From: an uncultured Acidobacteriota bacterium
Lineage (GTDB): Bacteria; Acidobacteriota; Vicinamibacteria; Fen-336
Direction of reading: 5' to 3'
DNA: 64,000 bases
NCBI GenBank assembly: GCA_963720545.1
Contig: OY970399.1
Location: forward strand, 1,600,001-1,664,000
Below are positions 20,586 through 31,090 of the stretch, one piece after another. Each line of letters starts with the position of its first letter. Position 1 is the stretch's first letter. Both the position numbers and the translations under genes were made by a program. The notes below the pieces were generated by a model. It saw only the letters and a program-made list of their open reading frames with translations, was not told the origin of the DNA and ran no database searches.

Positions 20586-20843
20586 ACGACGAACCGCGGA
20601 CGAGCAAGCCAGGCGAAAAGAAGGCGGGAGATCGCTCGCCAGGAAAAGGCCCGGGACAAGGCCGCCGATCGCGCCACCCGCCGCGACACCCGAGTCACCC
20701 GCGAGCGCCCCGCCGGTGAAGACCCGGACATCGCCGGGATCCGCCCCGGACCGCAGCCGCTTCCCGAGGAGTTCGCCGACCTGCGTGACCTTGGCGACCT
20801 GAACGCCGAGGAAGGCGAAGAAGAAGAAAAAGAAGAGGCGTAG
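20586..20843 (+). CDS. Small basic-then-acidic protein (~85 aa) with no canonical start codon (ACG)
   Basis: Not in ORF track. Frame reads TNRGRASQAKRRREIARQEKARDKAADR...GEDPDIAGIRPGPQPLPEEF...EEEEKEEA*; GAGGA at 20577-20581 precedes ACG ACG; in-frame TAA at 20541 and no ATG/GTG/TTG anywhere in the frame. Confidence 0.65.
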   Translation, partial: TTNRGRASQAKRRREIARQEKARDKAADRATRRDTRVTRERPAGEDPDIAGIRPGPQPLPEEFADLRDLGDLNAEEGEEEEKEEA

Positions 20844-20854
20844 GCCCGCGGCAG

Positions 20855-21739
20855 CTACGGCGTCAGCACCTCGACGCCGTCCTTCGAGATGAAGATGGTC
20901 TTCTCGGCCTGCGCCACCGGCCGGCGCCCCCGTTCCACGAGCGGCGGGTAGACCTGCAGGTCGCCGGCGCGCTCCAGGCTCTTGAGCGTCGCGTCCACCT
21001 CGGCGCGCGCGAACTCGGAGAGCTGGCGGCGGGCGAACGGCAGGCCGCGAAACGCCTGGATCGCGGTGACGAGCGCGTTGCCCTTGCGGTTGGGCGGGCC
21101 GACATGGCGGAAGACCTCGGCCTTGCCCTCTTCGGTGATGAGCCCCTTGCCGTCGGTCGCGAACGGCTCGATCGCCACCACCATCCCGGCCACGAGCCTC
21201 GTGGTCGAACCGTCGGCGACGTTGGGAATGGAGGGCGAGGTGTGCACGGTGTAGCGGCCGACGCCGTGGCCGCACAGGTTGCGCACAGGGGTCAGGCCGT
21301 GCGAGCGGATCGTCAGCTCGATGGCGGCGGCGACGTTGTTGATGCGCACGTTCGGCCCGGCGGTGCTGATGGCGGCATCGAGCGCGTCGACGGCGGCGTC
21401 GACGAACTTCTGGCGTTCCGGCACGCCGCCGACGTTGACGGTGAGCGCGGTGTCGACCACGTAGCCGTCCACGTGCACCCCGAGGTCGAGCTTGGCCAGG
21501 TCGCCCTGCTGGTAAGCGGTCTCGTCTTCCGGAGACGGACAGTAGTGGGCGGCAATGTGGTTGACCGAAGACTGCGTCGGGAACGCCGGCAGGCCGCCGA
21601 GGCGCGTCATCTCGTCGTCCACGAACTGGCAGACATCGCGGATGGTGGCGCCGGGCACGATGCGCGCGGCGCCGTCGCGGCGCACCTGCGAGGCGATGCG
21701 ACCCGCTTCACGCAGGCATTCCAGGGCTTCACGAGTCAT
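20855..21739 (-). CDS. map: Methionine aminopeptidase, type II (archaeal-like)
   Basis: NHIAAHY, KLDLGVHVDGYVVDTA, NLCGHG, AIEPFAT, insertion GLPFARRQL..YPPLVE, AQAEKT. Confidence 0.85.
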   Translation of the reverse strand: MTREALECLREAGRIASQVRRDGAARIVPGATIRDVCQFVDDEMTRLGGLPAFPTQSSVNHIAAHYCPSPEDETAYQQGDLAKLDLGVHVDGYVVDTALTVNVGGVPERQKFVDAAVDALDAAISTAGPNVRINNVAAAIELTIRSHGLTPVRNLCGHGVGRYTVHTSPSIPNVADGSTTRLVAGMVVAIEPFATDGKGLITEEGKAEVFRHVGPPNRKGNALVTAIQAFRGLPFARRQLSEFARAEVDATLKSLERAGDLQVYPPLVERGRRPVAQAEKTIFISKDGVEVLTP

Positions 21740-21830
21740 GGGAGGCAGAGAGGATAGCAAACAAAAGGTCGCGCCCGGGCCGCGGAAATGTCCGCGGACC
21801 CGGGCGTGATGGCACGCGTCGCTGCAGCGG

Positions 21831-22031
21831 CTACGCCTTGGAGACGTTCGCGGCGCGCGGACCCTTCGGGCTGTCGACCACCTCGAAGCGCACTCGCTCA
21901 CCCTCGTTCAGGGTGCGAAACCCGTCGGCGCGGATTTCAGAGTGGTGCACGAACACGTCCGGACCACCTTCACGCGAGAGGAAGCCGAATCCCTTGGCTT
22001 CGTTGAACCATTTCACCGTACCTTCGATCAT
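21831..22031 (-). CDS. Cold-shock protein
   Basis: [38 protein letters not shown]. Confidence 0.96.
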   Translation of the reverse strand: MIEGTVKWFNEAKGFGFLSREGGPDVFVHHSEIRADGFRTLNEGERVRFEVVDSPKGPRAANVSKA

Positions 22032-22151
22032 GAACGTGCGGCCTCCTCAGACCTGTGCCAGCACTGCGCCACCAGACGCGTCCCAGCACGAGTCCCGCCA
22101 CCGCGGCGGGCATCAGTTGGTACGCCGGTGTAACGGCTGCTGGCGAAGCGA

Positions 22152-22180
22152 AAGATAGAAGGGCGCATGACACCTGTCAA
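22152..22180 (-). promoter_or_regulatory. Sigma70 promoter of csp, giving a ~115-nt 5' UTR
   Basis: TTGACA (22180-22175), 17 bp spacer, TATCTT (22157-22152). Confidence 0.7.
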
Positions 22181-22235
22181 CATACGTTGTTCGAGGCGGT
22201 AGGCTCGGCAAACGTTCGAGGAGGAACTGCGAAAG

Positions 22236-23375
22236 ATGACGACGAATAGCCGCGCGGCGCTCGCACTCTTCGCCCTGCAACTTGCCGCATCCGCGGCGGC
22301 CGCGGCCGAACCGCGGGCGCGCGACCTCGGCATCCCGTTCGAGCGCTCGACTCCGGGCGCGCTGAATGCGATCACCGATGTGCCGGGCGTCGGCGTCGGC
22401 CAGGTCACGCTCATCGAAGGCACTGACGTGCGCACCGGCGTCACCGCCGTGGTGCCGCGGCTCTTCAAGGACAAGCCGCCCGCGCAATGCTTCGGCGCGT
22501 CGTTCAGCCTCAACGGCAACGGCGAGATGACCGGGCTGCCCTGGGTGGACGAGTCGGGCCTCGTCGAGGGGCCCATCCTCATCACCAACACCAACAGCGT
22601 GGGCATCGTGCGCGACGCGGTGATCAAGTACGCGGCGCGCAAGTTCGGCCCCGACGGCCTCTGGTCGCTGCCGATCGTAGCCGAGACCTGGGACGGGCCG
22701 CTCAACGACATTTACGGCCACCACGTGAAGGAAGAGCACGCGCTCATGGCCATCGACCGCGCAGCGGGCGGGCCGGTTGCCGAAGGCGCGGTCGGCGGCG
22801 GCACCGGCATGGTGTGCTACGAGTTCAAGGGCGGGATCGGCACCGCCTCGCGCATCGTCAAGGTGCGCAACGACAGCTACACCGTCGGCGTGCTGGTGCA
22901 GGCAAACTTCGGCCGCCGGCCGCAGCTGCTGATTGCCGGCATCCCCGTGGGGCTCGAGATTCCCGAGGGCGTCTTCCGCGAGAAGGAGGCGGGCTCCATC
23001 ATCATCGTGGTCGCGACCGACGCGCCGCTGCTGCCGCACCAGATGAAGCGCCTTGCGCGCCGCGCGGGCCTCGGCGTGGCGCGCACCGGCGGCGTCGCCG
23101 GCAATGGTTCGGGCGACATTTTCATCGCCTTCTCCACCGCCAACCCCAAGGCGGCCGACACCGGCGCAGTAGTGCCGCTCGAGATGCTGCCGCTCGGCGA
23201 TATGGATGGCCTGTTCGAGGCGGTCGCGAGCGCCACGCAGGAGTCGATCATGAACGCTCTGGTCGCGGGAAAAACGATGGACGGCTACAAGGGCAGCCAC
23301 ATCATCGGCCTGCCGCACGACCGCGTGGTCGAGATCCTGAAGAGGCACAATCGGCTGGCGCCGCCCCAGCCGTAA
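22236..23375 (+). CDS. Secreted P1-family (DmpA-like) aminopeptidase
   Basis: Signal peptide; RARDLGI, NAITDVPGVGVG, EGAVGGGTGM, G|SII autocleavage site, ATDAPL, GSGDIFIAFST. Confidence 0.9.
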   Translation: MTTNSRAALALFALQLAASAAAAAEPRARDLGIPFERSTPGALNAITDVPGVGVGQVTLIEGTDVRTGVTAVVPRLFKDKPPAQCFGASFSLNGNGEMTGLPWVDESGLVEGPILITNTNSVGIVRDAVIKYAARKFGPDGLWSLPIVAETWDGPLNDIYGHHVKEEHALMAIDRAAGGPVAEGAVGGGTGMVCYEFKGGIGTASRIVKVRNDSYTVGVLVQANFGRRPQLLIAGIPVGLEIPEGVFREKEAGSIIIVVATDAPLLPHQMKRLARRAGLGVARTGGVAGNGSGDIFIAFSTANPKAADTGAVVPLEMLPLGDMDGLFEAVASATQESIMNALVAGKTMDGYKGSHIIGLPHDRVVEILKRHNRLAPPQP

Positions 23376-23406
23376 GAACCAAGGCGCAGCGGCGGGCGTC
23401 CAACCA

Positions 23407-25839
23407 ATGACCATGGCGCTCGACAACTTTCGCCGCGACCTCGCCTACGCCGCCAGGAGCCTCGCCCGCGCGCGCGGGCACAGCGCCGCCATCATCATCG
23501 TGCTCGGCCTCGGCATCGCTGCCTGCGCCGCGGTGTTCAGCGTGGTGAACGCCGTGCTCCTCAAGCCGCTACCCTACGCCGATCCCGAACGCGTGGTCGT
23601 GCTGCTGCACGGCGGCCGCAGTCCGGTGGCGCCCGCCAACTACCTCGACTGGAAGCGCGAGCTGCGAACGTTTTCGGCAGTGGGCGCGGCCGAGGTGTGG
23701 GGGCCTAGCCTGACCGGGTCCGACCATGCCGAGCGCATCAGCGCGGTGCGCGTCAGCGCCGGGCTGCTGCCGATGATCGGTGTGACCCCGCTCGTGGGCC
23801 GGCTGTTCACCGCGGACGAGGACGAGGCCGGCCGCGAGCACGTGGTGGTGCTGGAGCATTCGTTCTGGCAGAGCCGTTTCGCGTCCGACCCGGCGGTTGT
23901 CGGCCGCACCATCACCCTCGACGGCGAGGGCTACGCCGTGGTCGGCGTCGCTCCCCCCGGCTTCGGCTTTCCGCACTTCTGGGCCGACGGCGCGCAGTTG
24001 TGGAGCCCGTTGCCGCTTGCCAGCCGCGCCGGCAGCCGCCGCGGCGAGAGCCTGCGGGTGTTCGCGCGCCTCGCGCCGGGCGCGACACTGCCCCAGGCCC
24101 GCGCCGAGGTCGCGGCGGTGACCAGCCGCCTCGAGGCGCAGTTCCCGGGCACGAACCGCGACGTGCAGGTGGTGCCGGTGCTCGATATGGTCGTGGGCGA
24201 CGTGCGGCCGGCGATCCTGGTGCTGTTCGGCGCGGTCGGCTTCGTGCTGCTCATCGCCTGCGCCAACGTCGCGCACATGCTGCTGGCGCGTGCGACCGCA
24301 AGGCAGCGCGAGATGGCGATGCGCCTGGCGCTCGGCGCGAGCCGCGCGCGCCTGGTTGCGCAACTGGGCGCCGAGAGCCTGCTGCTCGCGGGCGCCGGCG
24401 GAATCCTCGGGATCGTGCTCGCACGGTTCGGCGTGCGCGCGCTCCTGGCTCTGGCACCGCCTGGCCTGCCGCGCGTCGCAGGCGTCGCGCTCGATGGCGG
24501 CGCGCTCTTCTTCACGGCCTCGGTGACGCTCGCCACCGGTATCGTGTTCGGCCTGGCGCCGGCGTTCCACGCGACCAGGCGCGACGTGACCCTGTCGCTG
24601 CGCGGCGCCCGCGGCACGACCGACGGCGCCGGGCGTGCCAGCCTGCGGGGCCTGCTGGTTGGCTCCGAGCTGGCACTGGCGGTGGTTCTCCTGATTGGCG
24701 CCGGCCTGATGGTGCGCTCCTTCGTGGCGCTGCGCGCGATCGATACCGGCTTCAACCCGCAGGGCGTGATGACGATGGTGGTCGCGACCGCGGGCAGCGG
24801 CGCCGCCGAGCCCGCACGCCGTCCGCGCTTCTTCCAGGAAGTGGTCCGCGACATTGCCGCGCTCCCGGGTGTCGAGGCGGCGAGCGCCATCAATCACTTG
24901 CCGATCGCGGGTGACGTGTGGGGATGGGCCTACCGGGTCGAGGGCCGCAACGAACCCACGCCCGACAACCAGCCGCGCGCCACCTATCGCGTGGTCCTGC
25001 CGCGCTATTTCGCGGCGATGCAGGTGCAGGTGCTGCGTGGTCGCGACCTCGACGACCGCGACGTGGCGTCGGCCCCCGGCGTGGTGGTGGTCAACGAGGC
25101 CCTGGCCGCACGCCAATGGCCGGGCGAAGACGCGGTCGGCAAGCGGATCGCCATGGCCGGCAAGGACGCACCGTGGCTCGCCGTTGTCGGCGTCGTGAAG
25201 AACACCGTGCGCGGCCGCCTGGCGGCCCCGCCCGATGACGAGGTCTACCTTCCCTACCTCCAGGCGACACCCTATCTCGAGGAACAGGATTCGCACTTCG
25301 GCTACCTGACGCTCGTGGCACGCACCAGCGGCGATACCGCGGCGCTGGCGCCGGCCATGCGCCGCGTTGTCTGGCGCCACGAGCCGAACGCGCCGGTCGC
25401 CGAGGTGGCGGCGATGGCGGCAGTCGTGAACAAGGCCACGGCCGCGCCGCGTTTCTACCTGGTGCTGCTCGGTGCCTTCTCGGCGGTCGCGCTGCTGCTC
25501 GCGGCTGTCGGCATCTACGCGGTCATGAGCTACGCGGTGGCGCGGCGCACCAACGAGATCGGCATTCGCATGGCGCTCGGCGCGGCCCGGGCGCAAGTGC
25601 TGCGGCTGGTCCTTCGCCAGGGCGCCATCGTCGGCATCGGCGGCGCCGTCGCGGGTCTCGTCGGCGCGCTTCTGCTCACCCGCCTCATGGGCTCGATGCT
25701 CTACGGCGTCGGCGCACGCGACCCGCTCACCTTCGGCGCGGTCGCGGCGCTGCTCACCGCTGTGGCTCTCGGCGCGAGCTACCTGCCGGCGCGACGCGCC
25801 GCGCGGCTCGAGCCGCTGCGCGCGCTGCGCGAGGATTAG
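23407..25839 (+). CDS. Duplicated orphan ABC permease (MacB-PCD/FtsX x2, ADOP-type)
   Basis: LLIACANVA..LLARA..R.RE.A.R.ALGA; RRTNEIGIRMALGA; YLPARRAARLEP..ALR; no adjacent ATPase. Confidence 0.9.
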   Translation: MTMALDNFRRDLAYAARSLARARGHSAAIIIVLGLGIAACAAVFSVVNAVLLKPLPYADPERVVVLLHGGRSPVAPANYLDWKRELRTFSAVGAAEVWGPSLTGSDHAERISAVRVSAGLLPMIGVTPLVGRLFTADEDEAGREHVVVLEHSFWQSRFASDPAVVGRTITLDGEGYAVVGVAPPGFGFPHFWADGAQLWSPLPLASRAGSRRGESLRVFARLAPGATLPQARAEVAAVTSRLEAQFPGTNRDVQVVPVLDMVVGDVRPAILVLFGAVGFVLLIACANVAHMLLARATARQREMAMRLALGASRARLVAQLGAESLLLAGAGGILGIVLARFGVRALLALAPPGLPRVAGVALDGGALFFTASVTLATGIVFGLAPAFHATRRDVTLSLRGARGTTDGAGRASLRGLLVGSELALAVVLLIGAGLMVRSFVALRAIDTGFNPQGVMTMVVATAGSGAAEPARRPRFFQEVVRDIAALPGVEAASAINHLPIAGDVWGWAYRVEGRNEPTPDNQPRATYRVVLPRYFAAMQVQVLRGRDLDDRDVASAPGVVVVNEALAARQWPGEDAVGKRIAMAGKDAPWLAVVGVVKNTVRGRLAAPPDDEVYLPYLQATPYLEEQDSHFGYLTLVARTSGDTAALAPAMRRVVWRHEPNAPVAEVAAMAAVVNKATAAPRFYLVLLGAFSAVALLLAAVGIYAVMSYAVARRTNEIGIRMALGAARAQVLRLVLRQGAIVGIGGAVAGLVGALLLTRLMGSMLYGVGARDPLTFGAVAALLTAVALGASYLPARRAARLEPLRALRED

Positions 25840-25846
25840 CCGCGCC

Positions 25847-26884
25847 CTAGTGGCTGCGCTGCGACATCAGCGCGTAGCCGATCTGCTTGTAGAGGACGCG
25901 CGCGCCGACGTTGCCGTCCCACTGGTCCCGCCCCTGCGGGTCGGGTGCCACTTCATTGAGGTCGAAGCCGACGATGCGCCTGCCGCTCTCGACGATGCTG
26001 CGCAGGATCGACGACGCCTCGGAAAACGACAGGCCGCCGAGCACCGGCGTGCCGGTGTGCGGGCACAGCGCCGGATCGAGCCCGTCGATGTCGAACGACA
26101 CGTAGACGACCGAGGGCAGGTCGGCGACGATGCCGCGCGCGATGCTCGTCCAGGTGTCGCCGTCCAGCAGGCGGCGGCGCATGTCGGCATCGAAGTAGGT
26201 GCGGATCCGCCCGTGGCTCGCCTCAATGAGGTCGTTCTCCTCCTCGCAGTAGTCGCGCACGCCCACCTGCACCAGCCGCGACACCGCCGGCAGCCGCGTC
26301 GCCACGTTGTGCATGATCGAGGCGTGCGACCAGGTGAAGCCCTCGTAGGCGTTGCGCAGGTCGGCATGCGCGTCGATATGCAGGACGCCGACGCCAGGAT
26401 GGTGCTCGGCCACGGCGCGGATCGCGCCGAAGGGCGTCGAGTGGTCGCCGCCGACGATGCCGATGAGCTTGCCCTGGTCGAGCCAGTGCGCAGCCTGCTT
26501 GTAGACCCAGGCGTTCATCTGTTCGGAGAGAGCGTTCACGGCGGCCGCGGCCTTCAGCAGTTCCGGCTGGCCGGCGCCGACACCGCCGGCTTCCAGCACC
26601 GGCGCCGCGAGGCGCCGCGCCTCATCGCTCCAGGCACGCACTTCGGCCGAAATCTCCACCATTGCGATGCCGGCCTCGTAGGGCTTGCCGGTCTCGCGAT
26701 CCAGCAGGTCCACCTGGCGGCTCGCCTCGAGGATCGCCGCCGGACCATCGGCCGTGCCCGACCCGTAGGAAACCGTTGCCTCCCAGGGAACCGGGATGAG
26801 CACCACCTTCGCCTGTTCCGGGGTGAACGGCAGCCCGTAGATGCCGTCGGCTGCCGCGGCGGCGTTGGGATCGATTGCGTGCAT
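25847..26884 (-). CDS. speB: Agmatinase/ureohydrolase family protein
   Basis: GGDHS, HIDAHADLR, SFDIDGLDP..P.TGTPV.GG, DLNEV. Confidence 0.85.
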   Translation of the reverse strand: MHAIDPNAAAAADGIYGLPFTPEQAKVVLIPVPWEATVSYGSGTADGPAAILEASRQVDLLDRETGKPYEAGIAMVEISAEVRAWSDEARRLAAPVLEAGGVGAGQPELLKAAAAVNALSEQMNAWVYKQAAHWLDQGKLIGIVGGDHSTPFGAIRAVAEHHPGVGVLHIDAHADLRNAYEGFTWSHASIMHNVATRLPAVSRLVQVGVRDYCEEENDLIEASHGRIRTYFDADMRRRLLDGDTWTSIARGIVADLPSVVYVSFDIDGLDPALCPHTGTPVLGGLSFSEASSILRSIVESGRRIVGFDLNEVAPDPQGRDQWDGNVGARVLYKQIGYALMSQRSH

Positions 26885-26908
26885 GTCTAGATCCTAGTTG
26901 AGGCGCGG

Positions 26909-29338
26909 CTACTGAATATAGCCGAGGGCCCGCAGGCGCTCGAGGTCCTCGCTGCTGACGGCGCCCGCGGACGCGTCGGGCTTGAGCCGCGCGGCGTTCG
27001 CCATCTTTCGCCATGCTCGCAGCTCGGCGGCAAGGCGCGCGACGATTTCGGGGTGCTGCGCAGTGAGCGGGTGCGCGTCGCGTGGATCGGCGTGGTGATC
27101 GTAGAGTTCGAACTCGGGCGCGCCGTTCGCTCGTTTGGTGTTGTGAATGAGCTTCCAGCCGTCGGCGACGATAGCGAAGGACTCCGTGTCGCGAGGTGGC
27201 GGCGCGCCCGCGAGCATCGTGGTGGCGTTCTTCTCGGAGATCGCCGGCCGCGGCAGCCAGCGGCCGGTCGATGCGTTTGCCGCACCCGGAGCGGCCAGCA
27301 ACGCGCCGAGGCTGCGGCCTTGCAGGCCAGCCGGCGCTGCCAGCCGGCTCGCCGCGAGCAGCGTCGGCATGATGTCGATCGTCTCCACCGTCTCCTCCAC
27401 CACGCGCGGCCGCACGCCGGCGCCCCAGAGAATGAGCGGCACGTTGTCGAGCTCGCCATAGACGCTCTGGCCGTGGAACATCCGGCCGTGGTCGAGAAAC
27501 TCTTCACCGTGATCGCCGGTGAAGACGAGCAGCACCTTGCGGTCGAGGCCGAGCGTCCGCAGCCTCTCGACGAGCCGCCCGATCTCGGCGTCGAGCCCGC
27601 GGATCGAGCCGTCGTACAAGTCCCGGTCGTAGCCGACATAGGCGTTGGGTTCGATCCCGGCGCGGAGCAGTTCTTCGCGGGTGGGCATCATCGCGCCCAG
27701 GTTCCGCAGCAGCGGATCGGCGATGAAGCGCTTCACGCGCACCCCGTCCTGCGCATGCTGGGGCGCGCGCGCGGCATCGGCCCACACGGTGTCATACGGC
27801 GCTTCGGGACGGTAAGGGTCGTGCGGGTCTGCCACGTGCAGGAACACGAAAAAGGGCACGTCGCGGTGCGCGCCGAGCCACGGAAGCACGCGGTCGACGT
27901 ATTCTCGCGACGTCTTGCTCGAGTCGGGATTCGGCAGCGAGCCGCTCTCGTGGACTTCCTCGAAGCCCTGGTGGAGGTTCGTGAACTTCCCGGTGAAAAG
28001 GATCGAGGAAAACGCGATGGTCGCGTAACCGGCAGCGCGATACGACTCGGCCAGAGTCTGCGCGGACGCCGGCAGGCGGTCGGCGAAGTCGAAGACGCCG
28101 TGGGAGGCGGGATACAGCGACGTCATGAGCGACGGCGTCGCCACTTTGGTCCAGCTCGCCTGGCCGATGCAGTCGCGGAACAGCGTGCCCTCCGCCGCCA
28201 GCCGGTCGATATTCGGCGAAGTCTCGCGCTTGTAGCCGTAGACGCCGAGGTGATCGCGGCGCAGCGTGTCGGCCCAGATGAGGATGACGCCCTGGGGCTG
28301 CTCGGCCGCACCCGCCGCGGCCCGCGAGCGCACAACGGGAGAGCCCCAGAAGCCGATCGTTCCCGGTTTCTCGGCAGCGAGGGCAAGAGACAGCTCCACT
28401 TCGCGCCCGGCGTAGGCCGCGAGGTCCAGCGAGATGTCCTCCCAGCGGTACGGCCGCGTCAGCGTCCGCGCAAGGAGCAACGCAGGGCCGGCGCCGCCAT
28501 CCGCGGGCGAGGCCGACAGCGAGAACGCGACCGGCCCGCCCTCCAGCGTACCGATGGCGAGGTCAAGCCAGGGGCGCGCCGGCAGCGTGACGCGCCACCG
28601 CACGGTTTCCGGCGCCCGGGCGACGACCGTCTCCCGATAGATCTCGGCGAGTCCTTGAAAGCCCACTCCCGACGGCACGGACGCAAGGTGCTCGCGGCGG
28701 AACACCAGCCGCAGGGATTCGATCTCGAACGTGGCGCCCTGCTTGTCGGTCGGCTGGATGAAGATGTGCCGCGCCCGCGACGCCTGTATCGACAGTGGCG
28801 ACGTCAGTGTGTAGGTCCGCAGCTCGTCGCCGGCGACGAGCGGCGTGGTGAAGTCGGCCGGGAAATTCCGCGCGTAGTCGAGCACCGAGTCTTTGTCGAG
28901 GCGCTCTGCCGCCGACAAGGACACCTTGAGATTGCCGCCGGCCGAAGCACGCAGCCGGACCTCGATGTGGTGCACGACATCGCTGTCGTCCAGGCCAGCC
29001 GTGCGCTCGAAATGGACGATGGGCATGTTCCCGCTCGCGCGCCCCCGGAGCCGGCCGGCGCCTATGGCAAGGTCCGCAACATCATGAAACGCCTGCCAAC
29101 CGCGGGTCGCGGCGAGCTCGGGCGGGATCCTGTCTTCGCGGCTGTCGCCGGCAAAGAGCCATTCGGTGCGCGGCGGGGGCGGGCCAGAGGGAAGCCGGTT
29201 CGACACCGCATCGGCCGTGTAGACGTCGACGAGGCGCTGCGCCGGCGGCGCCTGATGCCGTCTGCAGTTCGCGAAGCCGACCGCCAGACCGAGAACGACG
29301 ACTGCCAGCGCCAGCCTGCGCGCCGGATCTGTGCCCAT
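26909..29338 (-). CDS. Sulfatase-like lipoprotein with N-terminal beta-rich domains
   Basis: Signal ending FANC; ADTLRRDHLG.YGY.R.TSPNID, WTKVATPSLMTS, DPHDPY, GDHGEEF.DHG. Confidence 0.82.
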   Translation of the reverse strand: MGTDPARRLALAVVVLGLAVGFANCRRHQAPPAQRLVDVYTADAVSNRLPSGPPPPRTEWLFAGDSREDRIPPELAATRGWQAFHDVADLAIGAGRLRGRASGNMPIVHFERTAGLDDSDVVHHIEVRLRASAGGNLKVSLSAAERLDKDSVLDYARNFPADFTTPLVAGDELRTYTLTSPLSIQASRARHIFIQPTDKQGATFEIESLRLVFRREHLASVPSGVGFQGLAEIYRETVVARAPETVRWRVTLPARPWLDLAIGTLEGGPVAFSLSASPADGGAGPALLLARTLTRPYRWEDISLDLAAYAGREVELSLALAAEKPGTIGFWGSPVVRSRAAAGAAEQPQGVILIWADTLRRDHLGVYGYKRETSPNIDRLAAEGTLFRDCIGQASWTKVATPSLMTSLYPASHGVFDFADRLPASAQTLAESYRAAGYATIAFSSILFTGKFTNLHQGFEEVHESGSLPNPDSSKTSREYVDRVLPWLGAHRDVPFFVFLHVADPHDPYRPEAPYDTVWADAARAPQHAQDGVRVKRFIADPLLRNLGAMMPTREELLRAGIEPNAYVGYDRDLYDGSIRGLDAEIGRLVERLRTLGLDRKVLLVFTGDHGEEFLDHGRMFHGQSVYGELDNVPLILWGAGVRPRVVEETVETIDIMPTLLAASRLAAPAGLQGRSLGALLAAPGAANASTGRWLPRPAISEKNATTMLAGAPPPRDTESFAIVADGWKLIHNTKRANGAPEFELYDHHADPRDAHPLTAQHPEIVARLAAELRAWRKMANAARLKPDASAGAVSSEDLERLRALGYIQ

Positions 29339-29380
29339 GGGTGCCTGTTGCGCGGCAGTCTATGGCAGCCGCGGCCGCTC

Positions 29381-29425
29381 TTGCAGTATGCATTTATCTG
29401 CAGTACTCTTGCATTTCAATGCAGT
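29381..29425 (+). promoter_or_regulatory. arg operon promoter overlapped by tandem ARG boxes
   Basis: tATGCATttatCTGCAGt (29387-29404) and cTTGCATttcaATGCAGt (29408-29425), 3 bp apart; -35 TTGCAG (29381-29386), 17 bp, -10 TACTCT (29404-29409). Confidence 0.85.
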
Positions 29426-29888
29426 CAAAGATCACCCGGCAGCGGGCCATCCTCGAGCTCGTGGCGCTCGGACAGGTTGCCACCCAGGCGGAGCTGAAGC
29501 TGCGCCTCAAGGAACGCGGCATCGCAGTCGACCAGGCGACCCTGTCGCGCGACGCCCGGGAGCTGAACCTCGTCAAGGTGGGCGACGCGGCGGGGGGCTA
29601 TCGCTATGCGACGGTCGAGCAGGTGTCGCACACCGCCGGCGGCAAGGCGAGCGTGGTGCTGGCGCGGCTGGTGCGCGGCGCCGACTGCTCGGGAAACGTG
29701 GTGGTGGTGCGCACCGCGGTCGGCGACGCGCAGCCGGTGGCGCTCGCCATCGACCACCTCGGCTGGCCGGAGGTCGTCGGCACCCTCGCCGGCGACGACA
29801 CCATCCTCATCGTGGTGCGCGAAGGCGTGGCGGCGCGCAAGGTCGTGAAGAAGGTTCTCGGTTTCTCGCACGGAAAGAAGGACGCGGC

Positions 29889-29892
<4 letters not shown>
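29419..29892 (+). CDS. argR: Arginine repressor
   Basis: RQRAILELV, TQAEL, QATLSRD, VVGTLAGDDTILIV. Confidence 0.95.
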
Positions 29893-31088
<1,196 letters not shown>

Positions 31089-31090
31089 GC

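Noticed and set aside
20529..21275. Long N-terminal extension of the SUI1 ORF including a poly-Phe run
   Set aside because: Overlaps map in another frame and is the antisense of the Glu-rich tail of the small + strand gene
22236..23375. DmpA-like protein as an ArgJ substitute (shared fold)
   Set aside because: Has a signal peptide and typical P1 peptidase motifs, and is outside the arg operon
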